Position numbers and translations under genes: made by a program. DNA of 37,474 bases, from IMG/VR virus record IMGVR_UViG_3300017971_000152. One strand, written 5' to 3'. Source of the stretch: a virus. The notes under the pieces were generated by a model, which worked only from the letters and a program-made list of their open reading frames with translations, was not told the DNA's origin and did not search any database. This document shows, in pieces, positions 7,754-15,209 of this stretch (within the stretch, counting starts at the first letter, position 1; each line of letters opens with the position of its first letter).

Positions 7754-8043
7754 CCAAGGCTGACGGTTGGGGTGAGAAACTGACGCGGTGCCGGCGTTGC
7801 AACGCTGAGGTCATACTGAGCACGTCACGCAAGGGCAACGTTATTGTGTTGGACCGTGCCACACGACAGTTGCATTTCAAAACGTGCAAGTACGCTGAGC
7901 AATTCAAGCGTGAGTACGCTGACCGTCAACTCAACCGCAAGTGGCAAGAGAAACACGAGAGAGAGCTTGAGAAACTCAGGCGGTGGAATAAGGCGGCAGA
8001 GGACACCAAGAGAGGGGGTTGCAATGGCCCAAGTACAGCGTGA
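7750..8043 (+). CDS. Small zinc-finger-like protein with a basic coiled-coil tail
   Basis: CRRC ... HFKTC motifs; ATGA coupling. Confidence 0.55.
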   Translation: MTKADGWGEKLTRCRRCNAEVILSTSRKGNVIVLDRATRQLHFKTCKYAEQFKREYADRQLNRKWQEKHERELEKLRRWNKAAEDTKRGGCNGPSTA

Positions 8044-8407
8044 GGACATACGCATTGAGGGTGGTGCTCTCGTCATTTCACCTCGAGAGAGCACGTTTGA
8101 CCCGATTGAGGCACTGTTACAGGTTGGCCTCAAACACTACCGTGAGCAAGAGGGACGCTCACCCAGTGACGTGTGCATTGAGGTACCGCGGGTGCTCTGT
8201 GGGCAACGTGTCAGGTACATACGGCCTGACGGACCTGAGGGTATTGGTGAGCTCATGACTGAGTTGGTGGCTCAGGTACTCAATGCCAACCAACAGTTGG
8301 GTGGCGGCATACCTGACAAACTGACGCCGTTTACGCTCACGTTTGAGCGTGTCACAGAGTTGGCCTTGGCTCTCAACCGTGAGCCCGAGGCCGCACGCTC
8401 GAGGTGA
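8024..8407 (+). CDS. Hypothetical protein
   Basis: ATG follows AGAGGGGGTTGCA, internal to ORF 7844..8407. Confidence 0.55.
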   Translation: MAQVQREDIRIEGGALVISPRESTFDPIEALLQVGLKHYREQEGRSPSDVCIEVPRVLCGQRVRYIRPDGPEGIGELMTELVAQVLNANQQLGGGIPDKLTPFTLTFERVTELALALNREPEAARSR

Positions 8408-8411
8408 GGTC

Positions 8412-8738
8412 ATGGCCGTCAACAAGTGGCTTGGGACATTTGACAAGCCTGTGACTCTCGAGGCCGGCACCGTCACGCTCGAGCTCGACGGGTTTGTTGC
8501 GTTTGACCGCCGCCAGGCACACCTCATGTTTGCTCTGTGGGTGCCTGACGGCGACGAGCACAGGCAAGAGCTCAAGGCACTGTTTGAGCACATATGCTCT
8601 GAGGGGTTTGAGCTCAAGGTGCCCACACCAACTCGAGGACCGCTGAAACGCAAGGCCGTACCCTCGAGGGACCAGGCGCCGGCAACCATACCTGGCCGGC
8701 CAAACAAACGAAACCTGAAAATACACAGGGGGTTGTGA
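8412..8738 (+). CDS. Hypothetical protein
   Basis: ATG follows GAGGTGAGGTC, internal to ORF 8343..8738. Confidence 0.55.
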   Translation: MAVNKWLGTFDKPVTLEAGTVTLELDGFVAFDRRQAHLMFALWVPDGDEHRQELKALFEHICSEGFELKVPTPTRGPLKRKAVPSRDQAPATIPGRPNKRNLKIHRGL

Positions 8739-8739
8739 C

Positions 8740-9063
8740 GTGAAAGTGACAGTCAGTTGTGTTGACCACCCTGACAGGCCGGCGGTGGCGTTTTGTGGTC
8801 ATGTGTTTCAGTACACCAAAAACGCGGCTGTCATTGCGGGTTGGTGCGCTGAGTGTGTCAAGGCTTTCAAGGCCGGTACAAGTCAGCGCCGGCACCGCAA
8901 TGGTTGTTGGGGGGGGTGGTCACTCGAGCATGGTGAGCGTGAGGTCAGTTGGTGGTCAATGCACCGGCACCCAACCTCGAGCTTGTACCTCAAACTCATG
9001 AGAGCCACCAAAATACTCGAGGCACCGGCTGAGCTCATGACCAGGCAAGGGGGTGCATTGTGA
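8740..9063 (+). CDS. Cys-rich hypothetical protein
   Basis: GTG follows AGGGGGTTGTGAC. CVDH...C.H...CAEC motifs. Confidence 0.5.
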   Translation: MKVTVSCVDHPDRPAVAFCGHVFQYTKNAAVIAGWCAECVKAFKAGTSQRRHRNGCWGGWSLEHGEREVSWWSMHRHPTSSLYLKLMRATKILEAPAELMTRQGGAL

Positions 9064-9242
9064 CAGGGTTGTTGAAACACGCATTGCTCAAGGCCATGCG
9101 TGAAACGCCGTTGTGGCCGGCCACACACCCTGAGCTCGAGAGGCTTAGACGGCTCGAGCCACATACACGCCGGCAAGCCGGCATGACGTACCTGACGAGG
9201 ACGTGGTCAACGGTGACCCTGAGGCTGAGCCTCAGGACGTGA
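9060..9242 (+). CDS. Small hypothetical protein
   Basis: GTGA overlap; SD is AAGGGGGTG. Confidence 0.4.
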   Translation: MTGLLKHALLKAMRETPLWPATHPELERLRRLEPHTRRQAGMTYLTRTWSTVTLRLSLRT

Positions 9243-9290
9243 CACCATAAACCAGGGTGACGAGCTCACCCGCAACACAAGGGGGTTGCA

Positions 9291-9713
9291 GTGAAAAGTA
9301 CCAAACACGTCGTCGAAACTCTCACGGTCAGCGGCCTTGAGGGTGCCATGTCGGACATGCACACGGCACTCAAACTGGCCGGTTGGCACGCTGTGGGCAA
9401 ACTCACCATTGGCCAAATGGGACCGGCGCCGGCGCCGGCATTGGTCACTGAGGTTTTCACGCGAGAGCGCAAGGTTGAGGTGCTCAGCGGCAAGGTTGTT
9501 GAGGTCAGTGAGGTGGCTGAGCAACCGGCCACGCCGGCACCCGCCACACCAACGAGGGGGTATGGTGAGCCTGGTGGTCAGCCTGAGACTGAGGCCGGTG
9601 ACGAGGCTGACGTAAAGGGCATGGCGCCTGGTGTGCCTGAGGTACCGCGGCCATTTCACGTACATGAGCAAGTGCGGCCTCATGCAACTGCACTGGGTGA
9701 CGAGCATGAGTGA
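9291..9713 (+). CDS. Hypothetical protein with an acidic, Pro/Ala-rich C-terminal half
   Basis: GTG follows AAGGGGGTTGCA. Confidence 0.5.
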   Translation: MKSTKHVVETLTVSGLEGAMSDMHTALKLAGWHAVGKLTIGQMGPAPAPALVTEVFTRERKVEVLSGKVVEVSEVAEQPATPAPATPTRGYGEPGGQPETEAGDEADVKGMAPGVPEVPRPFHVHEQVRPHATALGDEHE

Positions 9714-10119
9714 GCCTCAGGTCACCATACTGGGCCATTGCACTGTGCCTGACATGGCCAAGAGGCCGGCGCTCAAGTACCCATACGCATATGTGCCGGC
9801 TGGCACTCAGGGTGTGCAAGTCATTGACGTGAGCACGCCAGTGAGGCCGCGTTTGGTTGACGGTGCCGCCTGGTTGCCACCAGGTCACCCCAAGTGCGCT
9901 CAATGTGAGGCCGTTGACTGGTACCAAACGTGGCTCATGGTTGCTGTTGGGTCACAAATATACCGGCTCAACTGTTTGCCTCGAGGCCGGCTGTTGTGGG
10001 ACCGGCAGAGTGTCATTGACCTTGACCAGTATGTGTTTGGCATGACTGTTGAAAAGGTCACCGGCGTCATGTGGGTTGGCACTGGGTACGGCGTGACTGT
10101 TATGAGTGTGAGGTGGTGA
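9706..10119 (+). CDS. Hypothetical protein with one LVIVD-like beta-propeller blade motif
   Basis: YAYVPAGTQGVQVIDVSTPVRPRLV resembles an LVIVD repeat. The ATG overlaps the upstream stop. Confidence 0.5.
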   Translation: MSEPQVTILGHCTVPDMAKRPALKYPYAYVPAGTQGVQVIDVSTPVRPRLVDGAAWLPPGHPKCAQCEAVDWYQTWLMVAVGSQIYRLNCLPRGRLLWDRQSVIDLDQYVFGMTVEKVTGVMWVGTGYGVTVMSVRW

Positions 10120-10120
10120 C

Positions 10121-10576
10121 ATGGGCATACCCACGTGGTTGTACTGGTCAGTCATTGCCGCCGGCCTGGTGCTCATACACCTGGTACACTACCGCCGGCG
10201 GGTGCTGTTGTGGGTAGTATGGCACGTACCTCTTGGGCCACTGGCGCCGTGGGTGTTGGGGTTGGCTCTTGGGCGCTGGCCACGGCGGCCTGAGAAACCG
10301 CGGCTCACTCATATTGTTGGCGTTGACCTGGCCTCGAGTTTGAGCATGACGAGCCTGGCCGTGTACGACGACGGTGACCAGGTGAGCCTGAGACTCGTGC
10401 ATGAGTTTGACTGGGTTGGTGAGCCTCAGCCACTCGAGCTCACATGGGGTCAATACTATGACAGAGACTTGGGGCATGTGGCGTTTGTGCGCCGGCTCAA
10501 GGCCATATGGCACAGGCCGGCGTACACGGCTGAGTTGGCTGAGCGCATTGACGAGCTTATATGGGGTGACGAGTGA
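10121..10576 (+). CDS. Membrane protein with N-terminal TM helices
   Basis: WLYWSVIAAGLVLIHLV and VPLGPLAPWVLGLALG segments; SD is GAGGTGGTG. Confidence 0.6.
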   Translation: MGIPTWLYWSVIAAGLVLIHLVHYRRRVLLWVVWHVPLGPLAPWVLGLALGRWPRRPEKPRLTHIVGVDLASSLSMTSLAVYDDGDQVSLRLVHEFDWVGEPQPLELTWGQYYDRDLGHVAFVRRLKAIWHRPAYTAELAERIDELIWGDE

Positions 10577-10583
10577 AACTGAA

Positions 10584-10730
10584 ATGCCGGCTGACAGAGT
10601 GGTTGGTCAGAGCGCACGCAACATATGGCCTTGCACGCCAGGCGCCAACGGTCATTGCACCGTCAACACGCCGGCAAGGGCTGAGGTTGTCGTGCCCTGG
10701 CCACCCTCTGTGGCCGGCTTTTGCAAGTGA
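10584..10730 (+). CDS. Possible 48-aa ORF
   Basis: The codon style matches the native genome, but the RBS is weak. It ends at the hairpin ggccac-cctct-gtggcc plus a T-run (10699..10722). Confidence 0.25.
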   Translation: MPADRVVGQSARNIWPCTPGANGHCTVNTPARAEVVVPWPPSVAGFCK

Positions 10731-10738
10731 GGGTATCA

Positions 10739-11599
10739 ATGAAAATCTCGAAACTAAAGTCAATATTAGATGCTCATACTAGATGGCTGATGGGCGATAA
10801 TACAGGCACACGCGCGGACCTCAGCAACGCGGACCTCCGCAACGCGGACCTCCGCAACGCGGACCTCCGCAACGCGGTCCTCCGCAACGCGGACCTCCGC
10901 AACGCGGTCCTCAGCAACGCGGACCTCAGCAACGCGGACCTCAGCTACGCGGAGCTTAGCAACGCGGACCTCCGCTACGCGGTCCTCCGCAACGCGGTCC
11001 TCCGCAACGCGGACCTCAGCTACGCGGACCTCAGCAACGCGGTCCTCAGCAACGCGGACCTCAGCTACGCGGACCTCAGCAACGCGGACCTCAGCAACGC
11101 GGACCTCAGCAACGCGGACCTCAGCAACGCGGACCTCAGCAACGCGGACCTCTGCAACGCGGTCCTCCGCAACGCGGACCTCAGCTACGCGGACCTCCGC
11201 AACGCGAAAGATTTACTGAAACCTATGGGAGTTGAACAGGGCAACTGTTACTGGAAACGCTTGAACGCGGGGCTCTGCAACAACGGCTACCAGTACCATG
11301 TCGGACACAACCGGCTGCGTGATGGCGAGATATTCGCTGCCGACGAACGGGTCTTGTGTTCATATCCAGGCTTTCATTTCGGCTCGCGGTCGTGGTGTGC
11401 GGTCAACTTTCCAGAGAGGCCGCTTGAGGCGCGGGTGCGGATACCTGACGGGGCGCAGATAAACGAGCCCTGGGCGACTGACGGTAAGGCGAGCGCGGAC
11501 ATGATTGAGATATTACAGGTTTTCGAGGTTGCGACTGGCAAGGACATGACAGACACATATAGGAGCACGGACCATGAGAAAACAGAGCCAAATGCCTGA
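10739..11599 (+). CDS. Pentapeptide-repeat protein: about 27 [NY]A[DV]L[SR] repeats plus a roughly 130-aa Cys-containing C-terminal domain
   Basis: The N-terminus KSILDAHTRWLMGDNTGTRADLSNADL is typical of pentapeptide-repeat proteins, followed by the repeats. SD is GAGGG. Word and codon usage is clearly foreign to the rest of the genome. Confidence 0.9.
   Translation: MKISKLKSILDAHTRWLMGDNTGTRADLSNADLRNADLRNADLRNAVLRNADLRNAVLSNADLSNADLSYAELSNADLRYAVLRNAVLRNADLSYADLSNAVLSNADLSYADLSNADLSNADLSNADLSNADLSNADLCNAVLRNADLSYADLRNAKDLLKPMGVEQGNCYWKRLNAGLCNNGYQYHVGHNRLRDGEIFAADERVLCSYPGFHFGSRSWCAVNFPERPLEARVRIPDGAQINEPWATDGKASADMIEILQVFEVATGKDMTDTYRSTDHEKTEPNA
10811..11215. repeat. About 27 tandem 15-bp DNA repeats (aacgcggacctcagc and close variants) encoding the pentapeptide repeats
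   Basis: Read directly. Synonymous positions are nearly invariant between units. Confidence 0.95.
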
Positions 11600-11819
11600 C
11601 TGGGTGTATGTACCTGGCGAGGGTGACGAGCCTATTGTTGAGTGGTGTTGCCGGCATGTGTCACGAGGTGACGCCGGCAAGGACCACCCGCGGCAGTGCC
11701 GGCGCTCAGCACAACGAGGTTTCAAGGTCAAGGTGTGTGGTCAAACGCTGTACGTATGTTGGCAACACTACGACGCCATTGAGAGGTACACCACGCCACC
11801 TCTGAGGTACCAGTCATGA
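11574..11819 (+). CDS. Small Cys-rich hypothetical protein
   Basis: ATG 11574 follows a canonical AGGAG that lies inside the foreign segment. An alternative ATG is at 11592. CC...C...C...C pattern. Confidence 0.5.
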   Translation: MRKQSQMPDWVYVPGEGDEPIVEWCCRHVSRGDAGKDHPRQCRRSAQRGFKVKVCGQTLYVCWQHYDAIERYTTPPLRYQS

Positions 11820-12265
11820 GAGCTCAAGTGGCGCTCAAGAGGTGCCGGCCTCTCATACGTATGCCGTACACCATGCTCGTGTACTACCGTGGCATGGTGC
11901 CTGAAAACGTCAACACGAGGCTTGCTGAGCTCGAGTGCCAGGGTTGGTTTGTGGCCTCGTTTTGGGCCATGTTCGAGCGTTGGGTGGCTCAGGGTCACAA
12001 CCCGTACCTGTCGGCTCTCGTGTACCATGACCAGGTCACATTTCTGCCACACCCCGCGTATGCTCGAGCTCGTGACAACACTGACCTGGCATACCTGGCG
12101 GTGGCTGAGGCCACTGGGGCAATACACCCATTTGCACCCTCATTTGTGGCCTCTTTTTGGCTCGAGCCAACTGACTATGTACCATACAGGCGGCCTCGAC
12201 GCCGGCGCCGGTACCGTTTCACCAGGTTGTGGTCAAGGCAAGAGGGTTTGGCACATGCCGGCTGA
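11816..12265 (+). CDS. Hypothetical protein with an Arg-rich tail
   Basis: ATGA coupling; 149 aa. Confidence 0.55.
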   Translation: MRAQVALKRCRPLIRMPYTMLVYYRGMVPENVNTRLAELECQGWFVASFWAMFERWVAQGHNPYLSALVYHDQVTFLPHPAYARARDNTDLAYLAVAEATGAIHPFAPSFVASFWLEPTDYVPYRRPRRRRRYRFTRLWSRQEGLAHAG

Positions 12266-12668
12266 CGACACACATGAGGTACCCACGCCACCCTGGTTGT
12301 GGGCACCTCTCAATGCTGACGAGGGTGACAAGGGGTACTGTGACTTTGAGGTCACACCACCGGGCCGGCGTGAGTTGCCACGGCAGTGTGGCCACTTGGG
12401 CACTCATGAGCTCTGTGGGCACTGGTTTTGTGGCCACCACCACAGGCGCATTTGGGACCGGCACAACGAGTGGGTCACGGCGCACATTGAGGCTGAGCGT
12501 GAGGCTTTCAACGACTGGGACGCTTTCACGCCGGTATCTCTTGACGAGCAATACCACCCTGACCCTCAGTACGAGCTCAAGGGGTTGCTCTTTGACGACT
12601 ATGAGGACGACTTGACTGACCAGGACGACTTACCTGAGGGTATTGACCTGGTGAGGTGGTGGCCATGA
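12255..12668 (+). CDS. Cys/His-rich hypothetical protein with an acidic tail
   Basis: ATG follows AAGAGGG. The motif is CGHLGTHELCGHWFCGHHH. Internal to ORF 11889..12668. Confidence 0.55.
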   Translation: MPADDTHEVPTPPWLWAPLNADEGDKGYCDFEVTPPGRRELPRQCGHLGTHELCGHWFCGHHHRRIWDRHNEWVTAHIEAEREAFNDWDAFTPVSLDEQYHPDPQYELKGLLFDDYEDDLTDQDDLPEGIDLVRWWP

Positions 12669-12967
12669 GTGACGTGTACGGTGAGGTGGTCAACGAGAGA
12701 GAGCGCCAAGAGGCCAAGTGGGGTCAACAGGACCACCACCCCGCCTGCTGGCTTGTCATACTGACTGAGGAAACCGGCGAGGCTTGCAAGGCCGTGCTCG
12801 AGCGTGACCTGTTGCAGTACCGTGCTGAGCTCGTGCAAGTGGCCGCTGTGGCTGTGGCCGGTATTGAGGCTCTTGACCGCGCTCTCAAGGGTCAGGCCGT
12901 CATGGCTGACGTTGAGGCCGGCAGACAACGCAAGGGGGTTGCACATGGGACAACCGGCAAGGTTTGA
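12665..12967 (+). CDS. MazG-like all-alpha nucleoside triphosphate pyrophosphohydrolase
   Basis: ERERQEAKWG...W..ILTEETGEACKA...ELVQVAAVAVAGIEAL matches the phage MazG-like pattern. ATGA overlap. Confidence 0.6.
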   Translation: MSDVYGEVVNERERQEAKWGQQDHHPACWLVILTEETGEACKAVLERDLLQYRAELVQVAAVAVAGIEALDRALKGQAVMADVEAGRQRKGVAHGTTGKV

Positions 12968-13358
12968 CATTATGTCACGAGAGAGCTCACCTGAGAGGCT
13001 TGTCATACGTGACTTGGGACCGTGGACCGTACACTTTACGGTGACCAACGACGCTGAGGGTGTGGTTGAGCGCCTGGTTGCCGCCGGTGAGTTGCCGCCA
13101 GGCCGGCGCCTATTCTGTTATGACTCAGACGGCGCTCTTGACGAGCTCGAGGTGGTCAACGGCCAGTTTGCGGGTTTCAGGCCAGGACCGTACCGCAAGG
13201 CTCACCAAGGACCGCTCGAGCCTGACCAACTCGAGGTCAACAACGCTCTTGACCCGTACGAGTTTACTGAGAGCCCACAAGGGCACCGCGCACGAGAGCG
13301 TTGGGCACGCCGGTATGACGAGCTCAACGGTGCGCCTGAGGGTGACTGGGACCGTTGA
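12945..13358 (+). CDS. Hypothetical protein
   Basis: ATG follows AAGGGGGTTGCAC, internal to ORF 12804..13358. Confidence 0.55.
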   Translation: MGQPARFDIMSRESSPERLVIRDLGPWTVHFTVTNDAEGVVERLVAAGELPPGRRLFCYDSDGALDELEVVNGQFAGFRPGPYRKAHQGPLEPDQLEVNNALDPYEFTESPQGHRARERWARRYDELNGAPEGDWDR

Positions 13359-13378
13359 CGACAGAGGGGGGTGAGAAA

Positions 13379-14383
13379 TTGTCGCACCGCACGTGGCACA
13401 AGGTTTTTGCTGACCAGGTACTCAGAGGGGCACTGAGAGGCCGTGAGCCTGAGGGACGTGACCCCACACCCAAAGAGCGTATGTTTATGGCCTTGACGCC
13501 ACTGAAATGTGCGGCCATGAGAGGCATTTGGGGTGACATATTGTGCCTCGTGACTGACGGTGCGTACAGTGACGACGGGCTCATACAACCGGCACGAGGT
13601 GTTGGGTACACTGATTTACAACTGCGAACAACCCTCAATTTGACACCATATTTGTGGGCTGAGGCCAAGGCTCTTTTTGCCAAGGCCGGCATGATACAGG
13701 TCAGAGCTAACAACGTCATAAGTGTGCCAAACTACAGAAAATACAACAGTGAGTACCGCCGGCAAAAGAGGTACCGTGAGGCTCAAAAGTTACAACCTGA
13801 CGTTACAACCGGCGGGTGTAACTCTGATTCGTCACCTGACGTTACAACCCAAGGTGACAACCAAGAGTTACTCACAGAGGGAGAGAGAGAGGGAGAGAGA
13901 GAGAGAGACTACGTAAAAAAAAGCGCACCGCCGGCTCAGGGTGCCTCTGACCAACCCTCACCTCAGTTGGGGTCATGTGACTCAGAGGAAACCACAGAGG
14001 CCGCGGTGCGCAGTCTCTCAACACTTTCAAAAACTGACCGTGACGAGCTCACAACACTAGCAAGGCCGTTTGAGCCTTGCGCACCCAGTTTCAGGGTGTA
14101 CTCGTGGCTCACCAACATACTCAAACTCAGCCAAGAGCGCAAGGTACCTCTCGACGTGGCCGTTGAGGCTCTCAAACGTACCCTGACCTCTGTGACACCC
14201 AAACTCACCAAGGTGCCTGACACCCGCAACCTGTATGCTGTTTGCACGAGAGAGTTTAGACACCAGGCCAACCTCGTACAGCATGAACACAACAAGCGTG
14301 ACGAGCATGAGTTTACACGCTCAGGCAAGGGCCGGCTCTTGCTCGAGGCATTTAGTCTTGAGGCCAAACCCATGCCTGAGTGA
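13379..14383 (+). CDS. Replisome-organizer-like protein (similar to Phage_rep_org_N) with an internal repeat / low-complexity linker
   Basis: WHKVFADQVL...ALTPLKCAAMRGIWGDILCLV...GYTDLQL...AKALFAKAGMIQV..NNVISVPNYRKYN follows the replisome-organizer N-terminal pattern. TTG 13379 follows GAGGGGGGTGAGAAA; an alternative TTG is at 13355. Confidence 0.55.
   Translation: MSHRTWHKVFADQVLRGALRGREPEGRDPTPKERMFMALTPLKCAAMRGIWGDILCLVTDGAYSDDGLIQPARGVGYTDLQLRTTLNLTPYLWAEAKALFAKAGMIQVRANNVISVPNYRKYNSEYRRQKRYREAQKLQPDVTTGGCNSDSSPDVTTQGDNQELLTEGEREGERERDYVKKSAPPAQGASDQPSPQLGSCDSEETTEAAVRSLSTLSKTDRDELTTLARPFEPCAPSFRVYSWLTNILKLSQERKVPLDVAVEALKRTLTSVTPKLTKVPDTRNLYAVCTREFRHQANLVQHEHNKRDEHEFTRSGKGRLLLEAFSLEAKPMPE
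13789..13850. repeat. Iteron-like direct repeats inside the organizer gene: GTTACAACC x3 (13789, 13802, 13841) and ACCTGACGTTACAACC x2 (13795, 13834)
   Basis: Read directly. Confidence 0.8.
13876..13922. repeat. 33-nt all-purine (GA)n tract followed by an A8 run
   Basis: agagggagagagagagggagagagagagagaga is followed by ctacgt and then aaaaaaaa. It encodes EGEREGERERDYVKK. Confidence 0.9.
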
Positions 14384-14405
14384 ACACTGCAAACCGTTGT
14401 CAAAA

Positions 14406-14493
14406 AACAGCCGGCTCACTGGTGCGTCAACTCTCACGAGTATTGACGACAGCGCAACCCCGCGCAACCCCGCACCTGGTGAGGCCGGCTGTT
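14406..14493. repeat. Long-range inverted repeat (aacagccggctcac / gtgaggccggctgtt) enclosing the tandem repeat gcgcaacccc x2.5 (14452..14476)
   Basis: Read directly in the intergenic region upstream of terS. A-tracts flank it at 14402..14407 and 14503..14509. Confidence 0.7.
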
Positions 14494-14533
14494 TCTCGTT
14501 GGAAAAAAACCTGTTGACACTGGCACGACGTTT

Positions 14534-15196
14534 GTGTCATTTGGTGAGTTGGTTGCACGCGCCTGTGTATTTCAGGGGTGGTGTCAGCCAGTGCCTCGTC
14601 AAACCCAACGAAAAGCGCCACACACATTGCCTGAGGACGTCAACGAGTTTGAGGGCAAACACCTCGAGTTTATTGCGTTACGTGGTGCCGGTCACTTGTC
14701 TCAGGCGGCCATTGCACGCCGGTTGAGAGTCTGTGAGGACACTGTCAGACGTTGGGACCGTCACCCGCCATTTGCCAAACACATACGTGACCAGTGGGCC
14801 ACCCACGCCAAACACAACGTGACCTTGGCCGGTGAGTTGCTCAACCGTGCTCTCATCAAGCTCGAGAGGTGGCTGAGGCTCGAGCTCGAGGTCAAGGCAC
14901 GCAAACGTGGGCATGAAAACGTGCTGACCGTGGGTGAGCTCATGCGTGTGGTCACCTTGCTCAAGGACATTGCGCCGGTACCTGGTCAAGCCGGCAAGGG
15001 GGTGCCTGGTGACAACGGCCACCTCAGCGAGCTCACAGTGGCAGAGCTACAGGTTGAGCTTGCAAGAGAGCGTGACGCGGCTGAGAGACTCACGGCGCTG
15101 TTTGATAAAGGCGGCAGTCAAGGACGTGTCGTCAGTGAGGTCGAGAGTCATTGGCCGTTGCGTGGTGCAAAGTCTTTTAGGCCGTCAGACTCATGA
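14534..15196 (+). CDS. terS: Terminase small subunit (HTH DNA-binding)
   Basis: HTH is LSQAAIARRLRVCEDTVRRW, followed by a coiled coil. It sits directly upstream of terL. The start is uncertain: GTG 14534, or GTG 14591 after AGGGGTGG. Confidence 0.6.
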   Translation: MSFGELVARACVFQGWCQPVPRQTQRKAPHTLPEDVNEFEGKHLEFIALRGAGHLSQAAIARRLRVCEDTVRRWDRHPPFAKHIRDQWATHAKHNVTLAGELLNRALIKLERWLRLELEVKARKRGHENVLTVGELMRVVTLLKDIAPVPGQAGKGVPGDNGHLSELTVAELQVELARERDAAERLTALFDKGGSQGRVVSEVESHWPLRGAKSFRPSDS

Positions 15197-15209
15197 CCTA
15201 CACCTGGCC

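Noticed and set aside
10811-11215. Possible CRISPR array or non-coding satellite
   Set aside because: The 15-bp units are in frame within a long ORF and encode canonical pentapeptide repeats. There are no spacers.
14934-15209. N-terminal 92 codons of the ORF-track terL (start at 14934)
   Set aside because: This stretch overlaps terS completely in another frame. The Walker A motif lies just after ATG 15210, which follows the terS stop, so the shorter form is more plausible.
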